Virus record (IMG/VR): IMGVR_UViG_3300015607_004160
Source of the DNA: a virus
Lineage: Duplodnaviria > Caudoviricetes
Strand: one strand, 5' to 3'
Length of the DNA: 64,000 bases
Numbering within the stretch: the stretch's first letter is position 1; every line of letters begins with the position of its first letter. The notes below the pieces were generated by a model. It was given only the letters and a program-made list of their open reading frames with translations. It was not told the origin of the DNA and did not search any database. This document shows, in pieces, positions 58,151 through 64,000 of this stretch. The position numbers and the translations under genes were made by a program.

Positions 58151-59450
58151 CTGATATAACTGATTTTTTGGAGCCTTTTTTGCCTTTTTTCTGTTCACCA
58201 CCAGATTCTATTTCATCCCATACACTAGGGTAAACTTGACCCTCACCGTCTTTATCATATTTAATATCAAACCATTGTGAGAAGTCAACTAATCCTTTTT
58301 TAACAAATTCGGTTTCACTTTTTTTGTTAAGATACTCATCAATTTTCTTACTAATAAAATCAACAAATCTATTAAAAATGTTAATTGTATTTTCTGTAAA
58401 TACCCCTATTGGTTTTTTTCGTTTCTTATTAAATGATCCTAGAATCACTTTTAAAATATATTCTAATTTTCTATTTTCTTCAATATACTCTTTTGTTAAT
58501 TTATTGTCTATTAATTCAGTATTAATTCTAAATTTATCCTTATCAAAAAATTCTGGAACTACAAAATCAAAATTTAATAAGTCTTCTTTTACTTCAGATA
58601 CATACATATTATATAATTTACACATTAGGTAAATATAAACTTCTTCTCTTCTGCCACCTTTTAATTTAATTGAATTAAAATCAATAGATTGGCAGAAATT
58701 AAGAAAATTCACTAATATAAGACTATAAACTTCTACAAATTCTGTAGAATTGGAACTACTAATTCTTTTATATAAGGGATTTAATAATTCAAATGATACA
58801 TCTTTACCATTGACACGAATAATAAGTTTTTCAATGTTTTTTTGAAAATCATCATTCATTAAAAAAGAATTATTTATTTGTGGGTTTAAAATCTTATAGA
58901 AGAAAAATGTAAATGATTTATCTCCAAAAACATATTCCAAATCTGAATCTGAGGTGTTTAAAAAATACTTAATTGCCTCAGCTGCTTTTTCACTTAATTT
59001 ACCTTTAAATACAACAGGTATAGAATCCACATCAAATAAACGAGCATATTCCTCTATTTCATCAATAGTATAGGTGAATTTGCTTCCTTTGGCAATGGAT
59101 ACCAATACCAAATTATTTTTCGGAACTCTATTATATTCAATATTAGCTGGCTGGTTATCTGCAAAATATTCAAAGCAAAACCACCATCCTCTATTTAGTA
59201 ATCCTTTAACCCTATTATCAAGTGAATTAAAATAGTTAATTGCGTGATTATAATAGTTTTGCATAGCTAAATCTATCATGTTAATAGGATCAGAAGATAG
59301 TGATTTTGATTTTATTATAAACTCTCTTCCATTCCAGTTAACGTAGATTTTGCTTCCTTGAACATCTTCAAATATGACTATTTCGTTATCAAATAATTCA
59401 TTGAGTAATTGTTCATCCGTCATTTCGTTTAATGTTATTAACTTTGACAT
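58119..59450 (-). CDS. RNA ligase-like protein, degenerate motif I
   Basis: FEDVQGS where EKxDG is expected; FEYF, P.VFKGKL, IEKLIIR; TTAATATATA at 59458-59467. Confidence 0.5.
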   Translation of the reverse strand: MSKLITLNEMTDEQLLNELFDNEIVIFEDVQGSKIYVNWNGREFIIKSKSLSSDPINMIDLAMQNYYNHAINYFNSLDNRVKGLLNRGWWFCFEYFADNQPANIEYNRVPKNNLVLVSIAKGSKFTYTIDEIEEYARLFDVDSIPVVFKGKLSEKAAEAIKYFLNTSDSDLEYVFGDKSFTFFFYKILNPQINNSFLMNDDFQKNIEKLIIRVNGKDVSFELLNPLYKRISSSNSTEFVEVYSLILVNFLNFCQSIDFNSIKLKGGRREEVYIYLMCKLYNMYVSEVKEDLLNFDFVVPEFFDKDKFRINTELIDNKLTKEYIEENRKLEYILKVILGSFNKKRKKPIGVFTENTINIFNRFVDFISKKIDEYLNKKSETEFVKKGLVDFSQWFDIKYDKDGEGQVYPSVWDEIESGGEQKKGKKGSKKSVISDEKNNIQPTK

Positions 59451-59501
59451 ATTAAGTTATATATTAAAATTTTACTACTTGTTTATTTTAATATATAATT
59501 T

Positions 59502-59837
59502 ATGAATAAAATCAAAAAGTACGACGAATTATCCTCAGATATTGAGAATAAAGACTTAGATCCAGAAATACAAAAACTTAAAGGTGAGTATCAAATCGAA
59601 GAAATCTTAGATATATTTACCGACCCGAAAGATATACCTGTTACTGAAGGTGCTATTGGCATAAATACGGATTTATCAGTCAAAGAGGTTAAAAGAGGTG
59701 ATTATATTTGGATAACAGCTTTACTTAGAAAGCAAGGGCATAGCTTTACATCACCTGCCGTACAAGGTGTTATTAAATTAAGAGTTGTTGATATATTCTA
59801 TGGATTGCAATACCTAAATAAAGTTATAAATAAATGA
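59502..59837 (+). CDS. Hypothetical protein, CTS-like N-terminus
   Basis: MNKIKKYDEL; TTAATATATA at 59488-59497. Confidence 0.65.
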   Translation: MNKIKKYDELSSDIENKDLDPEIQKLKGEYQIEEILDIFTDPKDIPVTEGAIGINTDLSVKEVKRGDYIWITALLRKQGHSFTSPAVQGVIKLRVVDIFYGLQYLNKVINK

Positions 59838-60865
59838 AATATTTAAAAATATTTGAAAAATTTAATACATTTTATTATAAGCTAACGCAGAATGAGTTTG
59901 ATGAAATGATACAGAGTCCTGATATATACACATTTACTCAACGTGATATGTCAGTAATATCTGATTTTGCAAAAAGAAAAAAATATATCTATCAAACTAA
60001 TAGTGTTGATATAATAAAGTTTGACTCCAGAGAATGGTCATTATCTGATGATTGGGACTTAGATAAGTGGATATCATCATCCGAAATTAGAATACACGAA
60101 GAAAACAATATTACAACATATAAAGCTAATCAAGATATTTCTAAGGGAACTCATTACTGTGGGACAATAGGACAAAAGGAAGAATATCTTAAAGTAGAAA
60201 ACTTCACAATTAGACTTAAAAAGTATATGATTAAATATCCAAATAGTAGATTTGGGGGATCGTTACCACTACCACAAAAGCATATGCTAAACATAGATAT
60301 AATGAAATGTAGTGATGAGTGGTTTTTAGTTGTATTTGACAATAATATTATGTATAAATGTGATCAATTAGATGGGCTAATAGAATTCATGTCGAATATA
60401 AATACATTGGAAGCATTTAGAGATGAATACCATTCTCTATATGATATAGAAAAAAATAGAGAGGAATATTGGAATGGATATCTTAAGAAATTAAAAGCTG
60501 ATCAGGATGAACTACAAAAAGAGATGGAAGAGGATCCACACTATTTTACAATGATTAGCCAGGATGAGGTAGATGAACTTTATGATAACTTGGTCAGCTT
60601 CAAAGATGATGAGATTGAAAAAATAAAAGAATTATTTAGCGATAAATATTTAGTATATAAAAAGACATGGAAAAAATATGACTCTGATAATACCGAAATC
60701 TTTATAGAGGCAATTAGACCAAATTGCATAATTAGAATTTGGAAATTAGAAGATGAATGGTATATAGTTTCAACAAGTGATGCAAACGATAGAGGAAGAG
60801 TGAATGATAAATGTGATCAATTTGATGGACTAAAGAGATTATTAAATAAAATATTAATAAAATGA
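59834..60865 (+). CDS. CTS-bearing protein with two DEW..CDQ domains
   Basis: MKYLKIFEKF; DEWFLV..YKCDQLDGL and DEWYIV..KCDQFDGL. Confidence 0.7.
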   Translation: MKYLKIFEKFNTFYYKLTQNEFDEMIQSPDIYTFTQRDMSVISDFAKRKKYIYQTNSVDIIKFDSREWSLSDDWDLDKWISSSEIRIHEENNITTYKANQDISKGTHYCGTIGQKEEYLKVENFTIRLKKYMIKYPNSRFGGSLPLPQKHMLNIDIMKCSDEWFLVVFDNNIMYKCDQLDGLIEFMSNINTLEAFRDEYHSLYDIEKNREEYWNGYLKKLKADQDELQKEMEEDPHYFTMISQDEVDELYDNLVSFKDDEIEKIKELFSDKYLVYKKTWKKYDSDNTEIFIEAIRPNCIIRIWKLEDEWYIVSTSDANDRGRVNDKCDQFDGLKRLLNKILIK

Positions 60866-62760
60866 TACGTATTAAATTATTTGAAGAATTAAATAAAAGT
60901 AAGCCTAAGGTAATTATTTTTCAAGGATCGCCAAGGGATAAAGATACTTGTCCAAATATGGACAGTAAAACACATACAATAGTTGAATACATCATTGAAA
61001 AATATTCTGATGTATATGATTTTGATATAATTGATTTATCAGTAAACCAGTCTAAAAAGTCAATCATACAACCATGTAAAGGATGTGTATCAACTGCTGG
61101 GGGATATCATTGTATTGCAAAAGGTGAAAGAGTAGAAACAAAGTATGGATTTAAGAAAATTGAAGATATTCAAATTGGAGATGAACTATCTACTGGAGTA
61201 GTTGAAAATGCTTGGATGTCAGGAAAAGACTCTGATGTATTTGAAGTGATAGTTTCGGATGGTAGAAAAATAAAACTTACCGACAATCACCCAATAAAAA
61301 TAATAAATCCAATATATAAAAATGGTAATAAGAGAAAATTAATTGGATATGAAGAAAAGTGGAAAAATGTAAAAGATATCAAAATTGGTGATAGACTTCC
61401 ATTTAATTTTAATGAAAATTTTATTAACGATGATAATAACATTAATGTTTATCATATTGCTGGTATGATATGGGGAGATGGATCATATAAGAGTGGAAAA
61501 TTAAGATTGTGTTATGATATAAGAGATGAAAAACTTTTTAATTTTATATCATCTAATTTTGAAATTTCAGTTTCACAAGGTCCAATATCAAAAAATACTA
61601 CTACCAACTGGATATCTTTTAAAGATAGAAATATAAACATCTCGCTAAACACTTTAATTAAATCAGAAAAGATTAAAAATATTCACAGTAGAAGAATACC
61701 AGATATAATAATGAATTCTTCTAAAATACAAATATCTAAATTTTTAAATGGATGGTTTGCTACTGATGGATCTGTTATATTAAGAAATAATAATGGAAAT
61801 AAATATTATGAGATAAATTTAACAAGTGTTAGTAAAGATTCTCTAAGAGATTGTCAAATGTTATTATCAAAGTTTGGAATAAAATCATCAATATCATATC
61901 TAGATCATATAGAAACTTTTAGATTTAATAAATTTATTAAAAGGTCTTCTATGTTGATTATAAGCGGTAAAAATGCCAATATATTCATGCGAGAAATCGG
62001 TATAATTAACAAAGACTACAAATTTGAATATATTAAATATAGAAATTCTAAAAAGCATACATCCTTCGGAAAAATTGAAAGCATAGAAAGCATTGAAACA
62101 TCGGATGTCTATGATATATCTGTTAGTGATTCTCACAAATTTATATGTGAAGGTATTGAGGTACATAATTGTCATTGGTACTGCACATGTTATAAAAAGA
62201 ATGATGAAAAAAAGCCAGACTTTATGTATGACGGAGACATATATACCAAGCTTGAAAAGTGTGATGCTTTTTTAGTATTTAGTCCAATACATTGGTACTC
62301 TGTTAGTAGTCAAGTAAAAGCTTTATTTGATAGATTAGTTTGTGCTAGTCAAACATTACACTATGATGACGCTATTAAAGTATTGGGAAAAGGAAATTTG
62401 AAAAATTCAGAAATAACCGGTAAATTTGCACAATCCGGTGAATATAACGATTTGTTAAAGAATCACTTAGAGGGTAAAGTAGCAGGATTTTATGTACATG
62501 GTGATGATGGAGCAAACGATTATGATGATAAAGAATTGCCAGAATCATTTAAAGACGAAAAATTCACACCTAAGCAAGCAATAACGCCGATAGTAAATCA
62601 ATGTAGATACTCTGGTATAAACGTCCCTAATGACCTTATAGAGGCATTCTATATAAATAAAGATAAGGATTATTATACAGCAAATTTAGATTTAGAAAAT
62701 CTATCAAAACCATTTGATAATGCTGATAGATTATTAAAAAATTTAAAGAAATACATATGA
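60862..62760 (+). CDS. Flavodoxin-fold (iron-sulfur flavoprotein/FMN reductase-like) protein with intein, CTS-like N-terminus
   Basis: FQGSPR, PCKGC..CHW.C.C, SPIHWYSVSSQVKALFDRL, GKVAG. Confidence 0.85.
   Translation: MIRIKLFEELNKSKPKVIIFQGSPRDKDTCPNMDSKTHTIVEYIIEKYSDVYDFDIIDLSVNQSKKSIIQPCKGCVSTAGGYHCIAKGERVETKYGFKKIEDIQIGDELSTGVVENAWMSGKDSDVFEVIVSDGRKIKLTDNHPIKIINPIYKNGNKRKLIGYEEKWKNVKDIKIGDRLPFNFNENFINDDNNINVYHIAGMIWGDGSYKSGKLRLCYDIRDEKLFNFISSNFEISVSQGPISKNTTTNWISFKDRNINISLNTLIKSEKIKNIHSRRIPDIIMNSSKIQISKFLNGWFATDGSVILRNNNGNKYYEINLTSVSKDSLRDCQMLLSKFGIKSSISYLDHIETFRFNKFIKRSSMLIISGKNANIFMREIGIINKDYKFEYIKYRNSKKHTSFGKIESIESIETSDVYDISVSDSHKFICEGIEVHNCHWYCTCYKKNDEKKPDFMYDGDIYTKLEKCDAFLVFSPIHWYSVSSQVKALFDRLVCASQTLHYDDAIKVLGKGNLKNSEITGKFAQSGEYNDLLKNHLEGKVAGFYVHGDDGANDYDDKELPESFKDEKFTPKQAITPIVNQCRYSGINVPNDLIEAFYINKDKDYYTANLDLENLSKPFDNADRLLKNLKKYI
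61111..62169 (+). mobile_element. Intein with LAGLIDADG homing endonuclease (353 aa)
   Basis: Starts CIAKGERV, block B LTDNHP, IAGMIWGDGS and FLNGWFATDGS, ends VYDISV..VHN followed by Cys. Confidence 0.92.
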
Positions 62761-62784
62761 AATATTTAAAAAGAATACAAGATA

Positions 62785-63171
62785 ATGAAATATTTAAAAA
62801 CATTTGAATCAAAAAAATCAGGTCCTAATTTCAAAAAAATTATAATTGATGATTTTGTTATATATCAAGGAAAAGATGCTGAGGCAAATGATTATGTTAC
62901 ATTAGAAGTAGCAAATGATAATGATATGTGGTTTCATGCAAAAGGTGTTCCCGGTAGTCACGTCGTAATGAAAATAAAAGACAAACTACCAACACAAGAG
63001 ACAATTAAAAAGGTGGCTTTAATAGCTGCTAAGAATTGTAAATCAAAAGATAATAGTATTAAAGTACTTTATTGTAAGAAAAAATTCGTTAAAAAAGAAA
63101 AAGGAATGAATCCCGGACAAGTTAAAGTAGATTATAATAACGCTGATGAAATAATCATTGAAAAAAAATAA
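62785..63171 (+). CDS. Stand-alone NFACT-R RNA-binding domain protein (RqcH C-terminal-like), CTS-like N-terminus
   Basis: GKDAEANDYVT, DMWFHAKGVPGSHVV, VKK..GMNPGQV; starts MKYLKTFES. Confidence 0.85.
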   Translation: MKYLKTFESKKSGPNFKKIIIDDFVIYQGKDAEANDYVTLEVANDNDMWFHAKGVPGSHVVMKIKDKLPTQETIKKVALIAAKNCKSKDNSIKVLYCKKKFVKKEKGMNPGQVKVDYNNADEIIIEKK

Positions 63172-63328
63172 TATATACCTATATGACAGGAGTTTATTTA
63201 ACAAAAGGAGCAAGTGATATCTTTGACTCTATGGAAAAATAATCATTGAAAAAAAATAATATATACCTATATGACAGGAGTTTATTTAACAAAAGGAGCA
63301 AGTGATATCTTTGACTCTATGGAAAAAT
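63153..63328 (+). repeat. Exact 88-bp tandem duplication of a promoter and gene start
   Basis: 63153-63240 is identical to 63241-63328. Confidence 0.9.
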
Positions 63329-64000
63329 TAGGAATAAAAAAAGTCAATAGGCTTATTAATGATCTGAAAGCTATTAATTCAAATGCACCTAACTATACAG
63401 AAAAAATTACTATTGGTAAGGATAGTCTTACTATGAAGGTACTTGAAGAGGTTTTAGGATATACTAAATACAACAAGAAAGAGTTTGAGGAATTTTTAAA
63501 GGTTTTTAAAAACATATCAAATAAAAACATGGGAAGCGGCAAAAAACAAATTGATAAAGAGAGTATCCAAATTAAATTTACGGATGACTTCGCAATGATG
63601 TTAGATAAAATAGATGATCAAATTTGTTGGGCACTGCTTGACATTGAGCAAAATCCCGAAATAAAAAATAAATTTGGCATTGAGAAATTAGATGTTTCTG
63701 ATACAGATTTCAGCTTTGATGTTTACTACCCAAATGGAAGAAGAGGATTAATTAAAATAGCGGAATTCATAAGAACATTTTTTGGAAATAAATTTGACAA
63801 AGGAACAATATATAACTTTGTAAGGGATTATAATAAAATTAAAAATAGGGCACTCAATAAATCTGATGATGAGATTCAAGTGCCTGAATTCAAATTCAAT
63901 CCTAAAGATGTTAGATCCACTTTTATATCATTAACAACCGAAACATATCCACATGGTCATGAAGAAGGTGTTTACAAATATTTACCAGAGGGATTACAAA
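63271..64000 (+). CDS. N-terminally extended M28 peptidase paralog (truncated by window edge)
   Basis: Open from MTGVYLTK to the window end; last residues VRSTFISLTTETYPHGHEEGVYKYLPEG align with IRKKFLQLTRMTYPYGTEKFLESFLPDG of 52732..53874. Confidence 0.65.
   Translation, partial: MTGVYLTKGASDIFDSMEKLGIKKVNRLINDLKAINSNAPNYTEKITIGKDSLTMKVLEEVLGYTKYNKKEFEEFLKVFKNISNKNMGSGKKQIDKESIQIKFTDDFAMMLDKIDDQICWALLDIEQNPEIKNKFGIEKLDVSDTDFSFDVYYPNGRRGLIKIAEFIRTFFGNKFDKGTIYNFVRDYNKIKNRALNKSDDEIQVPEFKFNPKDVRSTFISLTTETYPHGHEEGVYKYLPEGLQ

Noticed and set aside
1-64000. Stop-codon reassignment, as seen in some large phages
   Set aside because: Core genes are full length under code 11 and coding density is high

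Overview
AT-rich segment of a large T4-like myovirus (probably a jumbo phage), read with the standard genetic code. It holds core virion genes dispersed on both strands: tail tube gp19, sheath gp18, terminase gp17, gp15, gp25, gp4, gp2, portal gp20, a gp21 protease-scaffold fusion and major capsid gp23. Also present are a gp55-like late sigma factor, clamp loader, thyA, an Fpg/Nei glycosylase, five free-standing homing-type endonucleases, a LAGLIDADG intein and a glycosyl/methyltransferase cluster. TAnnTTTG promoter elements, absent Shine-Dalgarno sites, a Bacteroidota-type ClpS and a lipoprotein suggest a Bacteroidota host (inference). The most notable pattern is two peptide 'address tags'. 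About 25 unrelated ORFs begin with an MKYLKxFE-like peptide resembling the T4 capsid-targeting sequence; many of them lie just downstream of a TTAATATATA promoter, several encode enzymes, and some show duplication scars suggesting cassette-like turnover. Eight other unrelated ORFs end in an R[DEN]xx[LI]xx[ILV] motif. All product calls come from recognising motifs by eye; no database searches were run.
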